Origin: Chloroflexota bacterium
GTDB taxonomy: Bacteria > Chloroflexota > Limnocylindria > P2-11E
Direction of reading: 5' to 3'
Length of the DNA: 55,316 nucleotides
Assembly: GCA_005889295.1 (NCBI GenBank)
Contig: VBEY01000231.1
Span: 1 to 55,316, forward strand
The notes under the pieces were generated by a model. The model saw only the letters and a program-made list of their open reading frames with translations. It made no database searches and had not been told where the DNA came from. The position numbers and the translations under genes are program-made. Numbering within the stretch: position 1 is the stretch's first letter; each line of letters begins with the position of its first letter. Positions 1 through 7,214 of the stretch are shown here, piece by piece.

Positions 1-390
1 CCCGGGCGTCTCGAGCACGGTGCGGACGATCGAGTCCATCCATCGCGGCTGCTCGGAGATGTCGAACATCACCGCGGCGACCGCCTCGGGCGCTGCGTCG
101 AAGACCGACTGCACGGCGACGTCGAAACGCCGGTGCTCCGCAGGGAGCCACCACAGTGTCCAGAGGACCGCGAGGATCGCGAGGACCGCACCGAGAAGCG
201 GTGTCCCGACGAGGAACTCGACGATCACAAGGACGAAAGCGGCAACCGTGAGCTGTTGCGACTGCACGGCTCGCGACTCGAACACGAGGTAGTCGCGGCC
301 GTGTACCCCGGAGCGGTCGACGAGAAGTGCTCCGACCAGGAGTCCCACGACCAGAATGAAAAGCCCGGTCTGTATCAGCAGGAGGAGCAC
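1..390 (-). CDS. hypothetical membrane protein, 5' part only (continues past the window edge); N-terminal hydrophobic helices followed by the start of a soluble, possibly SRPBCC-like domain
   Basis: Own minus-strand translation from GTG at 390-388: VLLLLIQTGLFILVVGLLVGALLVDRSG...LWWLPAEHRRFDVAVQSVFDAAPEAVAAVMFDISEQPRWMDSIV. 130 codons are open to position 1 and third positions are G/C-rich. It is absent from the ORF track because there is no stop inside the window. Confidence 0.5.
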   Translation of the reverse strand, partial: MLLLLIQTGLFILVVGLLVGALLVDRSGVHGRDYLVFESRAVQSQQLTVAAFVLVIVEFLVGTPLLGAVLAILAVLWTLWWLPAEHRRFDVAVQSVFDAAPEAVAAVMFDISEQPRWMDSIVRTVLETPG

Positions 391-421
391 GCCCGCCCGA
401 GTCTAGACTCGGGCGGGCGTG
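388..421. promoter_or_regulatory. perfect 34-bp palindrome covering both divergent GTG starts; TAGACT -10-like hexamer on each strand (404-409 plus, 405-400 minus)
   Basis: CACGCCCGCCCGAGTCTAGACTCGGGCGGGCGTG pairs base for base from 388/421 to 404/405. The intergenic space is only 28 bp. Confidence 0.55.
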
Positions 422-859
422 GGGCAGTACGTCGTCACGAGCGATGCGCGACACGTGGACCGCAAGCTCGTCTGGCGTTTCCTTCACGACGAGGCGTACT
501 GGTCGCAGGGTGTGCCGCGCGACGTCGTCGACCGCGCCATCGACGGATCGATCTGCTTTTCAGCGTTCGAGGGCGACCCTGATCGCGACGGCCGGCAGGT
601 GGCCTTCGCGCGGGTGGTGACGGATCGGGCGACGTTCGCGTGGCTCTGCGACGTCTTCGTCCTCGCGGAGCATCGCGGCAAGGGCGTCGGCAAGCAGCTC
701 ATGGACGCGGTAATGGCGCACCCCGACCTGCAGGGTCTGCGCAACATCCTTCTCGCGACGCGCGACGCGCACGGTCTCTACGCGCGGTACGGATTCGTTC
801 CGCTCGCGGAGCCCGCGCGCTGGATGGCGATCCGGCGGCCGTACCGCTCGTCCCCATAG
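419..859 (+). CDS. GNAT family N-acetyltransferase
   Basis: 146 aa with an acetyl-CoA binding-type motif (AEHRGKGVGKQLMDAV) and the typical GNAT C-terminus (YARYGF). GTG start. Confidence 0.8.
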   Translation: MGQYVVTSDARHVDRKLVWRFLHDEAYWSQGVPRDVVDRAIDGSICFSAFEGDPDRDGRQVAFARVVTDRATFAWLCDVFVLAEHRGKGVGKQLMDAVMAHPDLQGLRNILLATRDAHGLYARYGFVPLAEPARWMAIRRPYRSSP

Positions 860-862
860 ACT
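857..862 (+). promoter_or_regulatory. TAGACT -10-like hexamer 6 nt upstream of ATG 869 (leaderless-type promoter)
   Basis: TAGACTCGGGCG is followed directly by ATG. The TAG of the hexamer is the stop codon of the GNAT gene. There is no Shine-Dalgarno sequence. Confidence 0.45.
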
Positions 863-868
863 CGGGCG

Positions 869-1390
869 ATGCGCGACACCGAGCTGATGGCGAAATGGTT
901 CGAGGACATCGCCGCGGGACTCCGCCGTCGAGTCAAAGCTCTCGACGAGGACGCGCTCGAGTGGCGCGCTGACGATCGCGGCAACAACATCCGCGAGACC
1001 GTTTGGCACATGGCGCGGTGGATCGACGTGCTCACGCGCATCCTCGGCGGCACGCAGGCTTCGACTGAACGGTGGTTCACCGACGGCTGGGCCGACCGGA
1101 CCGGCTATGACCCGCGGGGTCTCGGCGACGACGGACTTGGCGCGCTGAGCGGGTACACGTTCGAGGAGGTCCTCGCGATCCCTCGTCTAACGGCGACACA
1201 GCTCCTCGAGTACGTCGACTCGGTCAGCGCGCCTCTGGCGCAGCGCTTCCGCGCCCTCCCCGACGACGAGTCCGCCGCGAAGGCGGTACGCCGCGCGACC
1301 GGCATCCTCCAGGGCTGCTTCGCGCACATCGGCGAGATCGACGCGCTCCTCGCGATACGCGAGCGTTCCGCGCAGCGCGCGTCGGCGTAG
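869..1390 (+). CDS. DinB family protein
   Basis: 173 aa. N-terminal helix with a conserved His context (ETVWHMARWIDVL) and a C-terminal HIGEI motif, both typical of the DinB/YfiT-like fold. Confidence 0.65.
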   Translation: MRDTELMAKWFEDIAAGLRRRVKALDEDALEWRADDRGNNIRETVWHMARWIDVLTRILGGTQASTERWFTDGWADRTGYDPRGLGDDGLGALSGYTFEEVLAIPRLTATQLLEYVDSVSAPLAQRFRALPDDESAAKAVRRATGILQGCFAHIGEIDALLAIRERSAQRASA

Positions 1391-1397
1391 GAGCCGC

Positions 1398-2552
1398 GTG
1401 GACTTCGACCTCACCGCCGAGCAGCAATCCATCCGCAAGCTCGCGAAGGACTTCGCGGACAAGGAGATCGCGCCGGGCGCGCGGGATCGCGATCGTGGCG
1501 AGATCTTCCCGAAGGATGTGCTCCTGAAGATGGCGCCACTCGGCCTTCTCGGCGGGCCCGTGCCGGAGAAGTACGGTGGGATCGGACTCGACTACGTATC
1601 GCACGCCCTCGTGACCGAGGAGGTCGGGCGCGCGGATTCATCGGTGCGCACCACGCTCTCGGTGCAGATCTCGCTTGTGGAGATGACGATCCTGAAGTTC
1701 GGCACGGAGGAACAAAAGCAGCGCTGGTTGCCCTCGCTGTGCAAGGGCGACGTCATCGGCTGCTTCGGCCTCACCGAGCCCGAGGTCGGCAGCGACGCCA
1801 CCAAGATCCGCACGAGCGCCAAGCGCGACGGCGACTTGTGGGTCCTCCGCGGACGAAAGATGTGGATCTCGAATGGCTCGGTATCGAAGCTCGCCCTCGT
1901 CTTCGCGCAGGGCGATCCCGCAAAGGAGTCCAAAGGCATCACCGCCTTTGTGCTCGAGCGCGACCGCCAGCCCTATGGCAGCCAGGCCCTGCACGGGAAA
2001 CTGGGGCTGCGCTCATCGGATTCGAGCGAGCTCATCCTCGACGACGTCCGCGTCCCGGATGCCAATCGTCTCGGCGAGGTCGGCGACGGCTTCAAGGTCG
2101 CGATGAGCGCGCTCGACTCGGGCCGCTACTCGGTCGCGGCGGGGGCCGTCGGAGTGGCCCAGGCCTGCATCGACGCGTCGGTCCAATACGCGACCACGCG
2201 CAAAGCGTTCGGAAAACCCATCGCGGGACATCAGCTCGTGCAGGAGCTGATCGCGGACATGGTCGTCGAGACCGAGGCCGCACGGCTCCTCGTGTGGCGT
2301 GCCGGCGACCTGAAGGACAAGGGCAAGCCGAACACCCGCGAGACGAGCATCGCGAAGCTCTATGCGTCCGAAGCGGCGCAGCGCGCCGCCGACAACGCGA
2401 TACAGATCCACGGCGGCTACGGCTTCTCCGACGAGTTCCCGGTCGAGCGCTACTGGCGCGACGCGCGGGTGAATCGGCTGTACGAGGGCACGACCCAGAT
2501 ACAGAAGCTCATCATCGGTCGCTTCGCGACCGGCATCGACGCGATCGCCTGA
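1398..2552 (+). CDS. acyl-CoA dehydrogenase (short/medium-chain or glutaryl-CoA dehydrogenase-like)
   Basis: 384 aa with family motifs GCFGLTEPEVGSD, WISNG, QIHGGYGF and YEGTTQIQ. AGGAG lies upstream of the GTG start. Confidence 0.9.
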   Translation: MDFDLTAEQQSIRKLAKDFADKEIAPGARDRDRGEIFPKDVLLKMAPLGLLGGPVPEKYGGIGLDYVSHALVTEEVGRADSSVRTTLSVQISLVEMTILKFGTEEQKQRWLPSLCKGDVIGCFGLTEPEVGSDATKIRTSAKRDGDLWVLRGRKMWISNGSVSKLALVFAQGDPAKESKGITAFVLERDRQPYGSQALHGKLGLRSSDSSELILDDVRVPDANRLGEVGDGFKVAMSALDSGRYSVAAGAVGVAQACIDASVQYATTRKAFGKPIAGHQLVQELIADMVVETEAARLLVWRAGDLKDKGKPNTRETSIAKLYASEAAQRAADNAIQIHGGYGFSDEFPVERYWRDARVNRLYEGTTQIQKLIIGRFATGIDAIA

Positions 2553-2854
2553 TGGAATGGGATGAGCCCGCGGAGGGCGTCCTCGAGACCCTTTGCCGAA
2601 TGGTCCCCGACACGATCCGGGAGCTCGCAAAGGCCGCCGCACGCAACGAGGCGGAGTCCGTCGCGAGCGATCGCGCTGCCGCGAGCGTGAGCGTCGACGA
2701 CGTCATCCGCGGCTGGATCCGCACCACGCCGCCCGACCAGCGCAACGGCCTGGTCGCGGTCATCGAACAGCTCGGACTCGAACCGGAGATCTACGAGAAC
2801 GAGCTGCAATCCGACGAGGGGTGGGAGGAAGAGCCGGAAGACTCCGGCATGTGA
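2552..2854 (+). CDS. small acidic hypothetical protein (weak resemblance to PCP-reductase-like small proteins)
   Basis: In-frame ATG at 2552 overlaps the dehydrogenase stop (ATGA). 100 codons with G/C-rich third positions: MEWDEPAEGVLETLCRMVPDTIRELAKAAARNEAE..., with an acidic tail. The rest of track ORF 1739..2854 is an out-of-frame shadow. Confidence 0.55.
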   Translation: MEWDEPAEGVLETLCRMVPDTIRELAKAAARNEAESVASDRAAASVSVDDVIRGWIRTTPPDQRNGLVAVIEQLGLEPEIYENELQSDEGWEEEPEDSGM

Positions 2855-3582
2855 TGTTCCGGCTCGACGGCAAGATCGCGATCGTGACCGGCGGTGCACG
2901 CGGGATCGGCGCCGAGACGGCACGTGTGTTCCGCGAGGCCGGCGCCACCGTCGTGACGTGGGACGTGGCCGGGGACGCTGACGCGCGCGTGGACGTCACC
3001 GACGTCCCGGCCGTAGCGAAGGCCGCCGCCGGGGTGGCGAAGGAGCACGGGCGCATCGACGTCCTCGTGAACAACGCCGGCATCCTCCGCGATGCGCAGC
3101 TCGTGAAGGCGAAGGGCGATGAGATCAGCGGCATGATGAGCGAAGCGGACTTCGACGCGGTGATCTCGGTCAACCTTCGTGGCGTCTTCGCCTGCACGCA
3201 GGCGGTCGCACCGACGATGATCCGGCACCACTCGGGGCGGATCCTCAACGCGTCTTCCGTGGTCGGCCTCTATGGAAACTTCGGCCAGACGAACTACGTC
3301 GCGACGAAAGCCGGCGTCATTGGGATGACGAAGGTCTGGGCCCGCGAGCTCGGTCCCAAAGGGATCACCGTGAATGCCGTCGCACCCGGGTTTATCGGTA
3401 CCGAGATGGTTCGGCAGATGCCCGAGAAGATCCTCGCGACGATGGTCGAGCGCACGCCGATCCGGCGTCTCGGCGAGCCGAAGGACGTTGCATACGCGTA
3501 TCTCTTCCTCGCCTCGGACGAAGCATCTTTTATAAACGGCGTTGTGCTCTCGGTCGACGGCGGCGTGGTCGTCGGTACTTAG
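2854..3582 (+). CDS. SDR family oxidoreductase (3-oxoacyl-ACP/CoA reductase-like)
   Basis: MFRLDGKIAIVTGGARGIGAE (TGxxxGIG), NNAG, and a catalytic YxxxK (NYVATKAG). The ATG overlaps the upstream stop (TGATG). Confidence 0.88.
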   Translation: MFRLDGKIAIVTGGARGIGAETARVFREAGATVVTWDVAGDADARVDVTDVPAVAKAAAGVAKEHGRIDVLVNNAGILRDAQLVKAKGDEISGMMSEADFDAVISVNLRGVFACTQAVAPTMIRHHSGRILNASSVVGLYGNFGQTNYVATKAGVIGMTKVWARELGPKGITVNAVAPGFIGTEMVRQMPEKILATMVERTPIRRLGEPKDVAYAYLFLASDEASFINGVVLSVDGGVVVGT

Positions 3583-3660
3583 CGCTATTTCACTGAATCA
3601 TCACCGTACCGGCACCTTGCGGCTCCCTAGCGCGACCGCTGAGACCGCAGTATTCAATGC

Positions 3661-4059
3661 ATGGGAGCACCACTTCGCGTTGCACTGATCGCGCATGACG
3701 CGACGAAGAACGACATGCTCGAGTGGGCGCGCTGGAACCGTGATCTTCTCTCCCGCGCGAAGCTCTACGCGACCAAGCACACCGGCGAGCTCATCGGCTC
3801 GGACACCGGGCTGCACATCGAGCTTCTCCTGAGTGGCCCCCAGGGCGGAGACGCGCAGATTTCCGCGATGATCGCTCGCCGGGAGATCGATGTCGTCGCG
3901 TTCTTCTGGGATCCGCTCGCGACCCAGCCACACGAAACCGACGTCCGCTCGCTCATCCGGCTCGCGGTGCTGCACGACGTGGCGATAGCGTGCAACCGGC
4001 GCTCCGCGGATCTGATGATCAGCTCGCCGCTGCTGCGCTCGGTGCCGGTCGCGTCCTAG
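3661..4059 (+). CDS. mgsA: methylglyoxal synthase
   Basis: 132 aa with VALIAHDATKNDM, YATKHTG, SGPQGGDAQI, FFWDPL and PHETDV, all matching MgsA. Confidence 0.9.
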   Translation: MGAPLRVALIAHDATKNDMLEWARWNRDLLSRAKLYATKHTGELIGSDTGLHIELLLSGPQGGDAQISAMIARREIDVVAFFWDPLATQPHETDVRSLIRLAVLHDVAIACNRRSADLMISSPLLRSVPVAS

Positions 4060-4172
4060 CCGCCATCCTCGAGGAGAACGAGCCGAGCCTGCTCCGCAAG
4101 CCAGCTCTCGCCGGGATCGTCAGCCCCGGAATACAGGTCGTCGTTGGTCGTGGTGACGTCGTCGTTGTCCAT
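4056..4172 (-). CDS. possible 38-aa acidic mini-protein immediately downstream of the isocitrate lyase gene
   Basis: Own reading: ATG at 4172, 2 nt after the ICL stop. Sequence MDNDDVTTTNDDLYSGADDPGESWLAEQARLVLLEDGG. Third positions are mostly G/C. Below the track cut-off as an independent ORF. Confidence 0.25.
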   Translation of the reverse strand: MDNDDVTTTNDDLYSGADDPGESWLAEQARLVLLEDGG

Positions 4173-4174
4173 CG

Positions 4175-5320
4175 TCAGACCGCCTTCTCGCCGGCTTCGC
4201 CGTCGAATCTCCCGAGACGGGACGCTCCCATCATCTCGCCGAGCAGCTGGTGGTACGGCACGCCGGTGAAGAGGTGGTGGCTCTTCGTCGGGATGTCGTC
4301 GTCGGGCGCCCATTCTTTGCGTTGCAGCGCGATGTAGGCGCGCTCCTGCTCCTCCGAGAGACCCTGGAGCAGCTTGCTGAAGGCGTAGCCCATGGCGTGC
4401 TGGGCCGCCAGGGTGATGAATAGGAACTTGTACCCGAGCTCCCCGAGCTCGGCGAAGGAGATCGGGTTCGGGTCGTTGAACCACTTGAAAGAGCTCGACC
4501 AGTTGAACGCGAGCTTCGCGTCGGGGAAGCGGCGTCGCACCTGGTCGGCGAACCGTTCGGTTGGCTCGCGGTCGGAGTTCGGGAACTCGCACCAGACCAG
4601 GTCGGGCGCGCCGCTGTCGAGATACCGGAGCGCGCGTTCGATCGCGAGGTCGAGTCCGCGCGTCCTCTCCGGCGCGTCCACGGCTGAGACCGCGTCGGTG
4701 CGTGCGATCACGACGAAATCGTCACGCCCCAGGTCCTCGGCGACGGCTCGCGCCATGCGCAGCTTGCCGATCATCTCATCGGCCGAGATCAAGGCCTTGC
4801 CGGCGATGTGACCGCAGCGTTTGGGGAGGACCTGATCCTCGATGTGGGCGCCCGCGACACCGGCGTTCACGTACAGCTCGGCGACGCGCTGCACGTTGAA
4901 GAGATTTCCGTAACCGCCGTCCATGTCGACGACGACGGGCGGGATCTCGAGATGGGTCGGGGCGACGCCCTTCTCAGGGTCGCCGGTGGCCATCGTGAGC
5001 TGGAACTTGCGTAGCGCCGAGACCGTGCGGCGCGCGCCGTCGGCGATCTCAGGTCCCGAGTAGAGGTCCATGTCGGTCGTGCCGAGGTGTCCGATCGCGA
5101 ACGAGTACCCCGAGAAATAAATCGCCGTCGCCCGGTGGTACATCGCGATCTCGGCGCCGTGCGGGTCGTAGATACCGGGCGCGAACACGTACGGCTCGCT
5201 CTGCAGTAACTGGCGGAGGCGTGTCGCCGGATCGGTCCATCGCGAAGCCGGCACGGTGAAGCCCGGCGGCAGGAGCGCCGTCTCGGCAAGAGCGGCGTGC
5301 GCACGAACGGTCGTGGCCAT
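4175..5320 (-). CDS. isocitrate lyase family protein
   Basis: 381 aa with the ICL signature KRCGHIAGK plus NWSSSFKW and FITLAAQHA, which parallel the NCSPSFNW and FITLAG motifs of ICL. GGAGGGG lies 6 nt upstream of the ATG. Confidence 0.85.
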   Translation of the reverse strand: MATTVRAHAALAETALLPPGFTVPASRWTDPATRLRQLLQSEPYVFAPGIYDPHGAEIAMYHRATAIYFSGYSFAIGHLGTTDMDLYSGPEIADGARRTVSALRKFQLTMATGDPEKGVAPTHLEIPPVVVDMDGGYGNLFNVQRVAELYVNAGVAGAHIEDQVLPKRCGHIAGKALISADEMIGKLRMARAVAEDLGRDDFVVIARTDAVSAVDAPERTRGLDLAIERALRYLDSGAPDLVWCEFPNSDREPTERFADQVRRRFPDAKLAFNWSSSFKWFNDPNPISFAELGELGYKFLFITLAAQHAMGYAFSKLLQGLSEEQERAYIALQRKEWAPDDDIPTKSHHLFTGVPYHQLLGEMMGASRLGRFDGEAGEKAV

Positions 5321-5344
5321 CAGGTCCCCTCCGTGTCCAGTTAT

Positions 5345-5494
5345 CTAGTTGTCGTGGTCCAGCTGGCAGAGCTCAGGGCAGCAGCACTCCGATTGCTGCG
5401 ACTCGCTCGCCCGCTCGGTCACGGAAGCGCGAAGGATCGGCACGTACTCAGCCGGGGTCCGCTCGGTGCGGTCGAAGCTGCTCATGGCGGTCAT
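5345..5494 (-). CDS. Cys-rich 49-aa hypothetical protein upstream of isocitrate lyase
   Basis: Own reading: ATG at 5494, TAG at 5347-5345. Sequence MTAMSSFDRTERTPAEYVPILRASVTERASESQQSECCCPELCQLDHDN. About 44 of 49 third positions are G/C. It ends 24 nt before the ICL start. Confidence 0.45.
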   Translation of the reverse strand: MTAMSSFDRTERTPAEYVPILRASVTERASESQQSECCCPELCQLDHDN

Positions 5495-5526
5495 GAGAGG
5501 GCATGCTGCGTGCCGGATCGCCCATA

Positions 5527-5543
5527 AAACAAATCGTTTGTTT
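5527..5543. promoter_or_regulatory. perfect inverted repeat AAACAAA-TCG-TTTGTTT; candidate LysR-type operator in the divergent promoter region
   Basis: AT-rich dyad in the only AT-rich stretch between the LysR gene (5579) and the small-ORF/ICL operon (5494). Confidence 0.5.
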
Positions 5544-5566
5544 GGATATGTCCGATCAATAACGCT

Positions 5567-5572
5567 TATGAT
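5567..5572 (+). promoter_or_regulatory. TATGAT -10-like hexamer 6 nt upstream of the LysR ATG (leaderless-type)
   Basis: TATGAT-GGCGCG-ATG with no Shine-Dalgarno sequence. Confidence 0.45.
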
Positions 5573-5578
5573 GGCGCG

Positions 5579-6472
5579 ATGCTCCTGGCTCAGCTCGAGG
5601 CCTTCAGCGAGGTGGCGCGCCTCGGCAACGTGAGCCGGGCGGCCGACTCCCTGAGCGTGACCCAGCCGGCGCTTACCGCGCGTTTACAAGGGCTCGAGCG
5701 CGAGCTCGGGGTCGAGCTCTTCGTCCGAGCGTCGCGCGGGATGGCGCTGACCGACGCCGGGCGCGCGCTCCTCCCCTACGCGCACCGCGCGATCGCGCAA
5801 GTGGTCGAGGGACAGAAGGCCATCGAGGACCTGCGCTCAGGAAAGACGGGCGAGTTATTCATCGCCGCCGCACCGGCCGTGAGCACGTATGTCCTGCCGG
5901 CCGTGTTGAAGTCGTTCCAGACGTCCCATCCGCGCGTCCGGATGGGCGTGCGCACCGGGCACACGGAGGAGGTGCTCGACATGGTGTTGCGACGCGAGGT
6001 CCATCTCGGCGTTGGGCGGCCGATCCGCCATCCGGATGCCGAGCTCATCCCGGTCTTCGACGACGAGCTCGTCCTTGTCGTGAGCCGGCATCACTCATTC
6101 GCGCAGCGCGACCGTATCCGCTTGCAGGAGCTCGCGGACGATCGGCTCATCCTGTTCGATCGCGCGTCCAGCTACTACGAGCTAACGAGTTCGCTCATCC
6201 GGCAGGCCGGCGTCGTCCCGGAGAGCGTCATCGAGGTCGACAACGTCGAGGCCGCGAAGAAGATGGTGATCGAGGGCCTTGGCGTGGCGCTGCTTCCGCG
6301 CATGGCGCTCCTCGCCGAGCTTCGCGCCCGCGCGCTGCGTCCGGTCCGCGTAATCGGCGCTCCGCCCATCCGCCGTCCGATCGTCGCTATCCGGCGCACC
6401 GACGCCGGGATACCGATGGGCCCGGTGGCGGACTTTCTGGAGCTTCTGCAGCGCAGGCGCCCGGGTCACTAG
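5579..6472 (+). CDS. LysR family transcriptional regulator
   Basis: 297 aa. N-terminal wHTH (LEAFSEVARLGNVSRAADSLSVTQPALTARLQGLEREL) and a LysR substrate-binding-type C-terminal domain. Confidence 0.9.
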   Translation: MLLAQLEAFSEVARLGNVSRAADSLSVTQPALTARLQGLERELGVELFVRASRGMALTDAGRALLPYAHRAIAQVVEGQKAIEDLRSGKTGELFIAAAPAVSTYVLPAVLKSFQTSHPRVRMGVRTGHTEEVLDMVLRREVHLGVGRPIRHPDAELIPVFDDELVLVVSRHHSFAQRDRIRLQELADDRLILFDRASSYYELTSSLIRQAGVVPESVIEVDNVEAAKKMVIEGLGVALLPRMALLAELRARALRPVRVIGAPPIRRPIVAIRRTDAGIPMGPVADFLELLQRRRPGH

Positions 6473-6491
6473 GCGTGCCGAGACGGCGTGG

Positions 6492-7127
6492 TCAGCCCAG
6501 ATTCGCGCGCTCGCGTCGGGCGAGCGCGGCGCCGATCGACTCGGGCGACGCATCCATCGCCAGAGCGAACGTGGCGCGCGCGTCGTCAATGAGACCCGCC
6601 TCGCGGAGCGCCACGCCGCCGAGATAGCCGAGGAACGCGCGGTCGCCGGCACGGAGCTTCGTCGCGCTGGCCTCCGCCGTCCGGAGCTTCGCGCGAACGC
6701 CGTCGCGATCGTGTGTCTGCGCGGCCACGATTGCCTCCAGCGCGTGATGCATCGCGACGCGTTCCGCCGATCGCGCGAGATCCGAATCCTTCGCGATGTC
6801 GGCGACGAGCCCCGAGCCTCGATCGCGGTCGCCGCCGAGCGCTACGAGCTCCGACCAAGCGAGCGCGAGGCGGACGTCGACGTGCTCGGGAAGGACCGCG
6901 GCAGAGCGGCGGGCATCGCCGGCGCGATTGAGCGCGGCGTACGACGCGACGAGCCCGACAGCGACCGCCCGGTCAGTCGGGAGCCTCCTGGCGGCCTGCT
7001 CGAAGAGCGATGCCGCGGAGAGCGGATCCCCCGACGCGTAGAGGATCTCCGCCGCGATCTTGCGCACCAGAGTGACCGTGCCGAAGCGCCCCAGGACAGG
7101 GGCGACAAGGGTCCGGGCGGCCTCCAA
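6492..7127 (-). CDS. hypothetical helical-repeat (TPR-like) protein
   Basis: 211 aa, Ala/Arg/Leu-rich repeated helices. The first canonical start is TTG at 7127. The frame stays open upstream to 7244 without ATG, GTG or TTG, so the N-terminus is uncertain. Confidence 0.45.
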   Translation of the reverse strand: MEAARTLVAPVLGRFGTVTLVRKIAAEILYASGDPLSAASLFEQAARRLPTDRAVAVGLVASYAALNRAGDARRSAAVLPEHVDVRLALAWSELVALGGDRDRGSGLVADIAKDSDLARSAERVAMHHALEAIVAAQTHDRDGVRAKLRTAEASATKLRAGDRAFLGYLGGVALREAGLIDDARATFALAMDASPESIGAALARRERANLG

Positions 7128-7214
7128 TTCGCCGGCGTCCAGGGCTCGCCGGGCCCGCCAAACCGCGAGCGGAACGCGCCAGACGTCGGCGACGGACGCT
7201 TTCGTTACGGCCGG

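Noticed and set aside
6538-6547. A fifth partial copy (GACTCGGGCG) of the promoter-associated 12-mer
   Set aside because: It lies inside the coding sequence of the helical-repeat gene, lacks the TA of the hexamer and is not followed by a start codon. It is compatible with chance in GC-rich DNA.
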